From the human T2T-CHM13v2.0 reference genome, Homo sapiens: a stretch of 64,000 nt of DNA. Below are positions 20,101 through 34,464 of this stretch, piece by piece. Below the pieces are notes generated by a model that was given only the letters and a program-made list of their open reading frames with translations, was not told the origin of the DNA and ran no database searches. The DNA lies in assembly GCF_009914755.1 (NCBI RefSeq), contig NC_060947.1. One strand, written 5' to 3'. Position numbers and translations under genes: made by a program. The first letter of the stretch is position 1; the number at the start of each line of letters is the position of its first letter.

Positions 20101-22572
20101 ACTGGAAAGTTGATATACCCTTGAGGTAAGACAGTAAAGGTATATTGCTGGCTTTGCCAGCTGAAGGCAAATTGCTTCTGGTTGGCCTTATGGACAGGAA
20201 TGGAGTAAAGGTGTTTGCCAAGTCAATGGCTGCATACAAGGTACCAGGAGATGTGTTAATTTGCTCAAGCAATAAAACCACATCTGATACAGCAGCTGCA
20301 ATTGGAGTCATCACTTGGTTAAGCTTACAATAATCCACTGTCATTATCCAAGATCCATTTGTCTTCTACATTGGCCAAATGGGAGAGTTGAATGGGGACG
20401 TTTTGGGAATCACCACCCCTGCATCTTTCCAACCCTTGATTGTGGCACTGATCTCTGCCATCGCTCCAGGGATGTGGTATTGTTTTTGATTTACCATTTT
20501 TCTAGGTATGGGCAGCTCTAATGGCTTCCATTTGGCCTCTCCCACCATAATAGCTTTCACCCTAAAAGTCAGGGAGCCAAGGTAGGGGTTCTGTCAGCTG
20601 CTAAGTATGTCTATGCCAATTATGCATTCTGGCACTAAGAAAATGACCACAGGATGAGTCTGGGTACCCACTGGACCCACTGTAAATCAGGCCTGAGCTA
20701 AAATCCCATTAATTATCTGACCTCCATAAGCCTGACCTTTAACTGGAGGACCACAATGACGTTTTGGGTCCCCTGGAATCAATGTCATCTCAGAGCCAGT
20801 GTCCAATAGTCTCTGAAATGTCTGATCATTTCCCTTTCTGCAATGCACAGTTACCCTGGGAAAAGATCAGAGGTCTCCTTGGGAAAGAAGGGGAGAAAGA
20901 TTAACAGCATAAATAGTAGCATAGAAGGGTCTTTCCTCAAAGGGACCTAGCCTTCCCTTCATTCAAGGGGTTCTGCATCTGTAAACTGGCTCAAGTCTGG
21001 AAATTGATTGAGAGGCCATGATCGCCTGTTTCTATAATCCAAATTAGTCTTTTGTCCATTTGACCCAGAAGTTTTCTGCTTATATAAATTCAGTAGGAAT
21101 GTAGTAAGCTTCCTATCAATTTCACTTTTAGGGTCACTGTGATTAATTAGCCAATGCCAGAGCTCTACATAAGTCAGACTATTCTGATTACTGCTTTGCC
21201 TCTGCTGTCTATTATGATAGCTACACCCATCTTGCCATTGACAGTTGAGTGCCACCACTTGACCCCTGCCACCTTGGGATCCAATAATTCCCATTGTATT
21301 TAAATTTTTTAGTTGAGTGAGTGTGGTTCCCACTCTTAGACCTGACATACAGAAAAGAATAATTACAGGGCTCTTCAAAAATGCAAGTGCTGTCCTCACA
21401 ATCTATTTTGCAAAACAATGGCCAAAGATATATTTTCTGGACCCTCCCAGCTGGTATGAGTAGGTTTAAAGTGACTAATCCACTCCACAATCCCAATCTC
21501 CCTAAGCCTTTGGATCCTTTCCTCTACATTAACCCAAGAGAGATCAGGCATTTCCAGCTTGCTTACAGTGGGCCATCTTTTAATGCATATTTCAGCTAAC
21601 CAAGCAAATAAATTATTAGACCCTTTTTAAACTCACTGAGCTGCCACAATAAATACAGGGTTTCTACTTAGTGGGCAAATTCAATAAATTCAGCTTGATC
21701 AACTCTACGTTTTCTCCACCATTATCCCACACCCTTAATATCCATTTCCATGCCTGTTCTCCAGATTTCTATTTATATAAATTAGAAAACTCAAGCAGTT
21801 CTTTTTGAGTGCTGCACACCTCCTCATGGGTCACACTCTGAACCTCACCTCTAGGGGCCTGCTGGGACTTGAGTCAAGTTATAGGTCTAGAAGTAAACAA
21901 GGGTATTGTGGGCAGCTCCTGGGGAGAATCAATATTATCTTGCCCGGCAACTGCCTCAGGGGAGGGCATCACTGTTGCCTCAGGGAGCAGAGGGTTAGTC
22001 TCCTCAGACAAAGGTGGGAAGGCTCATGGCAGCATGGGTCAGGGAGGGAATGTTGCCACTACCTGGGATGGGGAAGCTGTTTCTTCTGTCCAAAAAGTTC
22101 ATCAGAGTTTACAAGATCAGTGTCCCCAGCTTCATCAAGGTCCCCCCAACATGTCCCCATACCAAGTTGCAGGGTCCTATTATTTTCCCATCAATGCCGT
22201 CACTTTAACTGTAGACACCTGGCGAGGTTGTACATGCACGTTTCATTTCAGGTCAGCCAATTGCATGATCAGAGCTTGTGTCTGTTTTTCCACAATTTCA
22301 GCTCTTTCTCTACAAAAGATAAGACTCTTATTCAGGGCAGTCTGAGCAGATTTGATGCTCAGTATCTGCTTCTGATGCCAGGAGTTAGAATCCCTGAGTT
22401 CATCATTTTCTTTCATCACTTTGTCCGCTGAACTTAGGAGCAACCAACCAACTTCATTATGTTCCTTGGTTCTTCACCTATGATCAAAGGTATTATGCAT
22501 AGAGTCACTAAACTCCTTGCAAGTCACTAGCGGTGAATCAGGAGTTCCAAATGCATTAAATTTGCCAACTTT

Positions 22573-25061
<2,489 letters not shown>

Positions 25062-25223
25062 AAATTTGCCAACTTTCTGAACAGTTCACACCAAGGACTC
25101 TCAGTGTTCTCTGTACTATTAGAAGTAGAGTCCTTAGCATTTTTTAGTCTAATAATATTAAACAGCCAACTCCAGAAACCCCAAAATGAAACAACTGTAT
25201 CCTTAATATTCTGTTCCTCTAGG

Positions 25224-25239
25224 CCCACTCCTGGTACAA
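25224..25239 (-). promoter_or_regulatory. HERV-L primer-binding site (tRNA-Leu type)
   Basis: Minus strand 'ttgtaccaggagtggg' just downstream of the 5' LTR; one mismatch to TGGTACCAGGAGTGGG. Confidence 0.8.
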
Positions 25240-25244
25240 AAACC

Positions 25245-25732
25245 TGTATTAGTCAGGGTTCGCTGGAGGGACAGAACTAGTAAGAGATTATCTATATCTG
25301 TACCTATACCTATATCTATGTCTATTTAGATAGATATATGAGTTTATTAACTATTAACTCACACAATCACAAGGTCCCACAATAGGCTGCCTGCAGGCTG
25401 AGAAGCAAGAAGCAAGGAGAGCCAGTCGGAGTCCCAAAACTGAAGAACTTGGAGTCCAATGTTCGAGGCAAGGAAACATCTAGCATGGGAAAAAGATGTA
25501 GGCTTTGAGGCTAGGCCAGTCTTGTCTTTTCAGATTTTTCTGCCTACTTTATATTCTAGACACAGTGGCAGCTGATTAGATGGTGCCCACCCAGATTAAG
25601 GGTGTTTCTGCCTTTCCCAGTCCACTGATTCAAATGTTAATCTCCTTTGGCAACACCCTCACAGACACACCCAGGATCGATACTTTGCATCCTTCAATCA
25701 AATCAAGTTGACACTCAGTATTAACTATCACA
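25245..25732 (-). mobile_element. MLT2A1 5' LTR of HERV-L
   Basis: TG...CA termini (tgtgatagtt...ctaataca on minus); about 9% divergent from the 3' LTR by manual count. Confidence 0.95.
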
Positions 25733-25874
25733 AACATGATAAAACAAAGGTAATTGAATTTCAGTGAAACAAGTAGTTTTAAAAATTTGTCAATTGTTTG
25801 AATATTAAATGTTTCTTTAAACGGAAGCATTTAATATTTTTTCATCATTTTTATCATTTCTATTGTAATCTTAC

Positions 25875-25916
25875 TTTTAATTTTATGCATTCAGAACTAA
25901 GATAAGTAAAATTATC
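25875..25916 (-). pseudogene. Candidate fossil exon (42 nt, phase 0>0): DNFTYLSSECIKLK
   Basis: Minus strand: gataaatttag|GATAAT...TTAAAA|gtaaga; open frame. Confidence 0.5.
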
Positions 25917-26199
25917 CTAAATTTATCAAACATTTGGGGAAGAAAAATATATATTCATCTAAGTAATTCAATTGTAACTGTTTTTATGTGTAGGTAAGTA
26001 AGTAGAAATGAAGAACTCTGGTAGAATGGAGGAGAAAAAGACTAGTTTTGAGTAGCATTGATTAAGAAAATTTTCATGGAACATATACACTTTGAACTGA
26101 AAATTTGATTAGCATTTATGACTAGGTCTTTTGTCTTAAAGTTGAAGATATTGGATAAAATCCTAAATGGATATACCAGATCTCACAGTGCCAGCTCTT

Positions 26200-27300
26200 T
26201 TACAGTAAATAATTTGTTTTATGTTCCTGGTTCCTAAAACAGAACCTCTAATACTTCTGGATTTCCTGAGTGATAGAAATATCTTTGTTATTCCCGGTAG
26301 GTCACTCAGACCACACCTGAATTTATGTTAATGAGATGACTCATGATGGACCCCTAGGTAGTTGCAAGATGGGTGCCCGCCATGCTGAAAAGACCAAATG
26401 TATGATTTGAAGACTGGGCTTCTGAGCCGTGTGATATTGGTCTGACCTCCCAACCTCCAGAAAAAAGAAGGGAGTGGAGATTGAGTTCAGTCACATGGCC
26501 AACAACTCAATGAATCATGCCCAAGTAATAAGACTCTTTAAAAACTCGGGACACCTGCCGTTTGGTTGGGCATCCTGATTGGTGATACAAATCAATGTAC
26601 CAGGAAGGTAATAAATTCTGAGATTACAGAAACCTTTCATTTTGGATCCTTCCAGACATTGTATATGTTTCTTAACTTGACTAATCCTAATTTGTATCCT
26701 TTTTCTTTCTTTCTTTCTTTTCTGTTTTTGAGACAAGGTTTCACTTTGTCACCCAGACTGGAGTGCAGTGGGTGATGGTAAGTAGATCACTGCAACCTTG
26801 AATCCCCTGGACTCAAGTAATCCTGTTGCCTCAACCTCCTTAGCAGCTAGGACTGCAGGCACACCACTACATCTGCTATTTTTTTTTTCTTCTTACTTAT
26901 TTTTTTTTTTTTTTTTTTTTTTTTTTGTCGAGGCAAGGTTTCACTATGTAGCACAGGCTAGTCTGTAACTTCTGGCCTCAAACTATCCTCCAACCTCAGC
27001 CTCCCAAACCACTGGAAGTACAAGAATGAGCCACTGTATTCGGTATTTAATTTGATTTCTTTATAATAAAACTGTAATAGTAAGTGTAGCACTTGCCAGA
27101 TTTCTATTTGCTCTAGAAAATTATAGAACCTGGGAGAAGAGCAGAAACCTCTAAATTTGTTGCCAGTTTATCAAAAGTTCAGGTGACCTCAGAAACCCGG
27201 AACTTGTGACTGGTGACTGAAGTGAGAGGAGTTTGTAAAAGACTGGGTCCTTAACCTGTGAAATTTGACCTAATTCCAAATAGTGTCAGAATTACACTGC
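26200..27300 (+). mobile_element. MER21-like LTR interrupted by AluJ
   Basis: 'ggatttcctgagtgatag', 'ccacacctgaatttatgttaatgagatgactc', 'ggagattgagttcagtcacatggcc', 'tagtgtcagaatt'. Confidence 0.7.
26701..27045 (-). mobile_element. AluJ, diverged, with expanded middle A-tract
   Basis: Diverged dimer; degenerate TSD 'taatttgtatccttt' / 'taatttgatttcttt'. Confidence 0.88.
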
Positions 27301-27819
27301 AAAACCCATAATTAATTACTATATATTGTAAATACTATTCTAGTGCAAAATACTATATGAACAGTAGGTAAGACACCAGCCAATAGAAGCAGAGAGAGAA
27401 AATCAGAGAGAGTAAATTAGAATTATCCCTGTAGTTAAATATGAGTAGATATAGGAACTAGTCCCAAAGTGAACTCATCCACAGTCCAGTGATTGTTTCC
27501 CTACAAAAACAAACAACAAAAAATCCACCTGTTGTTAATAGAATATTCCCTTCAAATTAATTAGTTGAGTGACCAATGGTGATACAATCAGCTTCTTAGA
27601 CCTAATAAAATTATTATCTCTTGGCCCAATAAAATATATGGAGTAACCAATGATTGACTCTCAAATTATTTTAAAAAAAATTCAATGAGAATAAAAGACT
27701 GAGAACTATTTCTGCAATGGAAAAGCTGCATTATATTTTTCGGTTTCATTTAGGCTGGCTGTAAAATTACATATTAGTAGAAGAAAATAATAAAACAAGT
27801 TTTGGGTATCTACATATAC

Positions 27820-27852
27820 CTTTAGCCAGAGCTTATCATTTAATTAATTCAG
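27820..27852 (-). pseudogene. Candidate fossil exon (33 nt, phase 0>0): LN*LNDKLWLK
   Basis: Minus strand: gacccaacag|CTGAAT...CTAAAG|gtatat; one TAA. Confidence 0.4.
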
Positions 27853-28056
27853 CTGTTGGGTCAATAATATATTTTTAAAAGCTTTAAGGCTTCAAAACAC
27901 AGACCTAGAACTGCTGAATACTGAATGTAAAAGTATGCAGCAACATATTGTAAATGCTGAAGAAAATAAAATTTTCTTCCAGGATGACTAATAAGAGTAA
28001 TTTTTGAGTCATATAACAAACATAGAGATCTATCTGGTTTCTCTGAAATATATCAT

Positions 28057-28113
28057 CTGCAACATCAATTTTTCATTTTCAGTTTCCATATACTGTAGCT
28101 TTTCTCTGAAATC
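28057..28113 (-). pseudogene. Candidate fossil exon (57 nt, phase 0>0): DFREKLQYMETENEKLMLQ
   Basis: Strong acceptor tttccatattccttttcatag|GAT; clear coiled-coil heptads; putative donor is CAG|atgata (GT>AT). Confidence 0.55.
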
Positions 28114-29484
28114 CTATGAAAAGGAATATGGAAATAGCATGATAAACAGATCTACCATACTCAATCTCTTCAAAAGCATTTCTTCGAAAGATTGTGTTAC
28201 TCTGATGACTTGTTCCAGTACTGGGAAACTATTGATATTCTGAAGTATTTGTAACCAACAATTTCAACATACGAAATTGGAGTTTTTTTGTTATGAGTTT
28301 TGGCTTCACTATTACTTCAAGTAGTTTCTTTTGAGTTAAATTTAGGAATATATAAAACAGATATTTTAAAATGCAAAATGTGACTAATCCAGACATTCAA
28401 AATAAGTATCATTTATATTTTTATCTAATACTTAAAAGATACACTGCTTATTTGGGATTGGATTTTACTATTTTATAACAGGGAGTGCAATGAGAATATT
28501 GTGTAATGTTTGGTAGTTTTCAGTTACTCAAACTTTTTAATACAATTTCTCCCTCAATGGAACAATGTATGTCTGAATAATATTATCCATAAGCTAGAGA
28601 CCTGGGAAGCCTATTAAATATTAATCAATAAGTAAGTTAAGCAACTCTAATTTAAAAGAATATAATTAAACATTATTACCATAGGAATGTAAAAATTAGT
28701 AGGCAGGTACTTTAGAGAAAATTCATACAAGACAGCAGTTGTAATTTTAACATGAAACCAATAGATGACACTAGAGGGTAAGAATTGCAAACTTTCTTTT
28801 TAAGCCTGGAAGCTGATAGTTGCCTTATTATGTTAGTTACTAAGCTGATACATGTTAATATGTGCTGATAGGTGAGTATGAGTGGAGAAAAAAGAAACTT
28901 CATAAAAAGCATTGTACTAATAGATATGCTCTAACATATATATGTATATATTTACACATATACATACATATCTATTAGGATTACTTTTGCAGTACAGCCT
29001 AAGTTAATAGACGCAGCAGAACAAGAATTCAGAATAAAATGAAATATACGTTTATTTTTAAAAATTGCCTTTTCCTTCATTTTAGCATATCTATCACCAC
29101 ACAAAATCACAACACAAAAATAAACGTGAATAGGAATAACATTAGAAAAGAAAGGAAGTCTCATCAAATGCACAAAGTAGAATTCTATTCATATTTGCAT
29201 TATGAAGAATATTCATTTGTTGGCTTAAGATAATTTTAGGTGTTAGAAGAAGAAGACAGTAATTACTCTAAGACTTGAATGTGAAATGTTAACAACAAAA
29301 ATAATTTCCTGGAATTCCCTATATATCATTATTTGTCGATAGATCCTAATTACTTGTATATAGACAAAACACATATTTAGGTTTGATATGTATAGATATG
29401 TTTATAAGTCACAGATCTATAAATTCATGTAAACAAAAATGGAAAGGAGACAGGAAAGGAGTAGTAAAAAGTGAACTTAAACTT

Positions 29485-29715
29485 ACTGACAATTCTGTAC
29501 CAAACACTGTGCTAGGCAATTTTATATATTTAATTTATTTCTCAAAGCAACCCCATTTGGAAGACAAAATACTTATCCCCATTTTCCAGATGAGTAAAAT
29601 GAACCTCAGAGAGTTTAAGCATTGTGCCTAAATGATAAGTTAGTAAATGGTAGAATTGGGACTCAAACGCATCTGGATTTATTGGAGACAAGAGTTTGTA
29701 TTACTTTTGCTTTAC
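29485..29715 (-). mobile_element. MIR
   Basis: Core 'atccccattttccagatgagtaaaatgaacctcagagag', 'gtaaatggtagaattgggactcaaac'. Confidence 0.8.
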
Positions 29716-29795
29716 TAACATGCATCTCCAAACTCAGAGCCATACATAAGAGTCTACAGATTTCATTGGTTGAAAACATGAGGAGTCATGATTAC

Positions 29796-29837
29796 CTCAC
29801 TTAACATATTTGCATGCCTCTTAACTCATTTTATTAA
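29796..29837 (-). pseudogene. Candidate fossil exon (42 nt, phase 0>0): LIK*VKRHANMLSE
   Basis: Minus strand: ctaattgtggttctgtag|TTAATA...AGTGAG|gtaatc; one TGA. Confidence 0.4.
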
Positions 29838-29924
29838 CTACAGAACCACAATTAGACCAACTTAAGAAGTAAGTACTACTTTATTTCTGGGTAAAGTAGC
29901 TATCCTGAAATTGCTAGGCATCAG

Positions 29925-30035
29925 ATTATTTATATTCTAGTTCTAGCTCTGACACTAATTAGATGTGTGCCCTTATTCATGTAATTTAGCCTCATTAAAA
30001 CTCAGTGTTCTTGCCACTAAAATAAGGAGAGTTAA
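29925..30035 (+). mobile_element. MIR fragment
   Basis: 'ttctagctctgacactaattagatgtgtgccctt...ctcagtgttc...taaaataagg'. Confidence 0.6.
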
Positions 30036-30459
30036 AGTAGATCAGCATTTCAAAAATCTTTAAGTACTAAAATACTTTTTATTAGAAAAATTAAGGGAAA
30101 TTCCAACTTATAAAATAGATAAAAGTAGAATTTGGATGGGGAATAACTTCCAATGTTGAGATCCCAAAATTCTACTTTATCAGCCTTTTGCTCTCAATTC
30201 CTCTCAGTAATCCGTGAGGCAAGTCTATAAAGTTAGAAAATCACTGTACTAGACTGAATCTAGAGTTAATTTCAGCTTGAAAATTTTATGATTCTTTGAT
30301 ACTTAATTTTACTAATCCAAAAACATGTCAATCTGATATTGGTAGAATTAGCAGACTTTATAAATGTTATTTTTATAAAATATAATTGCAAAAGAATCAC
30401 ACTTCAAAAAGGAGGTTACATGTCTATAAATATGTTAATTAAAAAAAAACTTTTGAACT

Positions 30460-30985
30460 GCTAATATGACAACAGCCATGTTGCATGCACTTAAGTTATG
30501 ATGGTGAATAAAAGCAGATTATTCTGTGATCTTCAATTTTATAATCTGGTGAATGAAATAGACATTATTAAAATAATCAAAATCACCAACAGAAGATAAT
30601 TATAAATTTTAACAAAACTTACAAAAATAAGAGTAATATAGAGTTAGGATATCACACTTATTTGATCAAAGTGACCTCTCTAGAAGATATGGAAATATTT
30701 CCTGGAGAAATTGATACTTGAGTTCAGGAGTGTAATATAAACAAGAGTTAAAGTAGGAAGGGAGACAGAGAGGTCCTTTATGAGAGGGAGATTAGTGAGT
30801 AAAAGTCACTGAAGGAAGGCCAGAATGGCTGGAGTGCAGAAAATGAATGGGATCATGAGATCATATGTGACTAAAGAGGTTGACAAGGGCCAAACTATAT
30901 AGAGTAAGGTGTACTCTTTCAAGGAGTTTTAAATTTACCCAGTAAGATTTGGAACCTGCTAAAGGGATTTGGAGTGAAAAAAAAC
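30460..30985 (-). mobile_element. L2 fragment, degenerate
   Basis: 'atggtgaataaaagcag', 'aaggaaggccagaatggctggagtgcag'. Confidence 0.55.
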
Positions 30986-31022
30986 TTGAGAGAACCCAAT
31001 AAAATAAAGAAAAATAAGCCAC

Positions 31023-31077
31023 CTGAGAAATTAAACTTTTCTGTCTAATCATTATGTCAAATAAGTTCTGTGGTCTT
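31023..31077 (-). pseudogene. Candidate fossil exon (55 nt, phase 2>0): RPQNLFDIMIRQKSLISQ
   Basis: Strong acceptor ttcatcttccacttgctttccag|; donor CAG|gtggct; preceded across a 79-nt intron by a segment ending GAAAG|gtcaag at 31157. Confidence 0.4.
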
Positions 31078-31525
31078 CTGGAAAGCAAGTGGAAGATGAA
31101 TAAAGCCAGGCCATATAAACAATACAGGAGGAGTTTCTCAATGTTGTAAACTTGACCTTTCACCACTTTCAAAATTCTGTGAGAAAAGAGTTTTAAGGTT
31201 TTAATCTGTAAGCAATGCTCAAATAAATAAGGTATCATTAGCTAAAGCCAAGTGTGTCAGTTCCTCTAGACATCATTCTGCATTCCACTTAGGGATATGA
31301 ACCTCAAAGAATCTTTATCATTGTAATCTGTGAGTTAGAATACTATGGCTCTCACTACTAGTCTTGACTAATCTCCTGTGCTCTTGTTAACATTTCATCA
31401 ATGTGCTCTCCTGCAGTCCTAACATCATTGCAGATTTACTACATTAGAAGTTGCCCATGAAGAGAATAATTTCAAACTGTGTGGTCTATGAAGCACATAT
31501 GGTTTTAATTACATGCCATGTACAG

Positions 31526-31950
31526 TGTATGTATTTGTCAGGGCTTATGTAACAAAATACTACAAACTACGTGGCTTAAACAACAGAAATTTATTGGCTT
31601 ACAGTTCTGGAAACTGTAAGTCTGTAATCAAGGTGTAGGCCTGGTTAGTGCCTTCTGAAGGCTATAAAGAAAAGATCTGTTCCAGGCCTCTTGGCTCATA
31701 GATGGCCATCTTTTTCCTTTGGTCCTTCACATAATCTTCCCTTTATGTGTGTTTATGTCTGTCTCTGTGTCCAAATTTTCTTTTTTTCTAAGGGTAACAG
31801 TCATATCGGATTGTGGTCCTTCCTAATGACATAATCTTAACTAATTATATCTGCAATGACCCCATTTCCAAATATGATCACACTGTGAGGTACTGGAAGT
31901 TAGGAGTTCAATATACAAATTTTGTGGGGACATGATTCAATCAATAGTAT
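31526..31950 (-). mobile_element. MaLR LTR, MLT1B/C-like
   Basis: 'gtaacaaaatactacaaactacgtggcttaaacaacagaaatttatt...cagttctgga', 'tatctgcaatgaccccatttccaaat'. Confidence 0.85.
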
Positions 31951-34135
31951 ATAGTAAGTATATTTTATGTGTATTGTTTAACTCCAATGTATATTTCTAG
32001 TAAAATATTTTATGTTTCAAATGAGTTCAAAGTTTTAGTTTTATTATCCAGCATGTTTCCAAGTTTCATGTAACTGTCATTGTGTGAAAGAATTTATTTA
32101 CCTAAGGGCTCTCATGGAAAATCCAAGATGGGTAAGATGCTCAGAACAGCATGTATTCGTGCATACTGTAACTTTCTGGGTAGCATGTGTGCCCATAGTA
32201 AAGACAAGGTAACTTACTTCACACAGAGAATGATCGCAGTTGCAAAAAAAGTTATAAATTATTCTAAAATTGGTATACCTACTAATTGTGGATATTAGCA
32301 AAATTCCACTATTTTATAAAAAGTAGTATTATGGCTTAAAATTCAAAAAAATATTAGCTTGGAATAAAAAGCCATCTCTATTTTTTATTAAGTTCTATAT
32401 ATTTTTATTAAGACATTCTTAGAATTTTTGTTTATATTTTATGAGTTTATTATGGTTTTAAGACAGGTACAGTTTTTTTGTATACAAATCTTGTATCTAG
32501 TTAACTTGCTAAGAGTCCTAATTCTTGTTTATTTTTTCTGTTTTTAATTTTTAATTTTTGAGAGTACATAGTAGGTGTATATGTTTATGAGATACATGAG
32601 ATGTGTGAGATGTGTTGATACAGGAATGTAATGTAAAATAAGCACATCATGAAGAATGGGGTATCCCTCCTCTTCAGCATTTATCTATTGACTTGCAAAC
32701 AATGGAATTACATTATTTAAATTATTTAAAAATGTATAGATATGTTCTTATTGACTATAGTTCCCCTGGTGTGCTATCAAATAGTAGGTTTTATTCATTC
32801 TTTTTATTTTTTGTACCCATTAGCCATTCCCAACCCCCACCACCAGCCCCCACTACCCTTCCCAGCCTCTGGTAACCATCCTTCTACTCTCTAGGTCCAT
32901 GAGTTTCATTGTTTTGATTTTAGATCCCACAAATAATTGAGTACATGTGATGTTTGTCTTTCTAGGTCTGGCTTATTTCACCTATAATAATAATTTCAGG
33001 TTCCATTCATGTTGTTGCAAGTGACTGGAGCTCTTTTATTTTTAAGGCTGAATAGTAATCCACTGTGTGTATGTACCACATTTTCTTTATACGTTAATCT
33101 GTTTATGAACACTTTGGTTGCCTCCATATCTTAGCTATTATAAACAGTGCTGAAACAAACATGAGAGTGCAGATATCTCTTCGATATACTGATTTTCTTT
33201 ATTTTGGGTATACACCCAGCAGTGGTATTGCTGGATCATATGGTAGCTCTATTTTTAGTTTTTTGTAGAACTTCCAAACTCTTCTCCATAGTGATTGTAC
33301 TAATATACATTCCCACAAACAGGGTACAGTGGTTCCCTTTTCTCCACATTTTCATCAGCATTTGTTATTGCCTGTCTTTTAAATGTAAGCCATTTTAACT
33401 CAGGTGAGATGATATCTCATTGTACTTTTGATATGAACTATTCTGATAATCAGTGATGTTGAGCACTTTTTTGTATGCCTATTTACCATTTGTATGTCTT
33501 CTTTTGAGAAATGTCTATTCAAATCTGTTGCCTATTTTTTTTATCAGATTGTTAGATTTTTTCCCTATAGAGTTGTTTGAGCTTCTTATATATTCTTGTT
33601 ATTAATGCCTTGTCAGATGGGTAGCTTGTCAATATTTTCTTCTATTCTGTGGGTTGTCTCTTCACTTTGTTGATTGTATTCTTTGCTGTCCAAAAGCTTT
33701 TTAACTTGATGTGATCACGTTTGTCTGCTTTTGCTTTGGTTGCCTGTGCTTTTGGAGAATTGCTCAAAAAATTTTTGCCCAGACCAATGTCTTGGAGATT
33801 TTCCCCAATGTTTTCTTGTAGTAGTTTCATGCTCTGAGGTCTTAGATTTAAGTCTTTAATCCATTTTTATTTGATTTTTGTATACGATGAGAGACAAGAG
33901 TCTAGTTTTATTCTTTTGCATATGGATATCCAGTTTCCCAGCATCATTTATTGAAGATAATGTCTTTTCCCCAGTGTATGTGCTTGGCATATTTGTTGGA
34001 AATGAGTTAACTGTAGGTGTGTGGATTTCTGTTAAATTGGTCTATATGTCTGTTTCTATGCCAGTACCATGCTGTTTTGGTTGGTATATCTCTGTAGTAT
34101 AATTTGAAGTCAGGTAAAGGGATTCCTCTAGATTT

Positions 34136-34464
34136 CCCTTTTCATTTTTTAAAAATGTTGTGAGTACACAATAGGTGTATAAATTTATAAGGTAGATGAG
34201 ATGTTTTGATACAGGCATGCAATGTGAAATAAGCACATCATGCCAAATGGGATATCAATCACCTCAAGCATTTATTCTTTGAGTTACAAACAATCCAATT
34301 ACACTCTTTAAGTTATTTTAAAATATATATTATTATTGACTGTAGTCAATCTATTGTGCTATCAAATAGTAGATCTTATTTATTCTTACTTTCTTTTTTA
34401 ATCCATTAACCATCCCTACCTCCCACCTCAACCTCCTCGCTACCCTTCCCAACCTTTGGTAACC
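34136..34464 (-). mobile_element. Short L1MA 3'UTR nested in the same-family host
   Basis: Paralogous to 32552-32880; degenerate TSD attcctctagattt (34122-34135) / attcccccagtttt (34465-34478). Confidence 0.85.

Noticed and set aside
21805-22431. 208-aa and 158-aa plus-strand ORFs
   Set aside because: Antisense shadows of HERV-L gag
28790-28880. Strong minus-strand acceptor and plus-strand AG|GTGAGT
   Set aside because: No convincing partner splice site or coding-like frame
30861-31238. 125-aa hydrophobic minus-strand ORF as a membrane protein
   Set aside because: Hydrophobicity follows from T-rich sequence and the 3' part overlaps L2; better read as possible short exons plus a 79-nt intron
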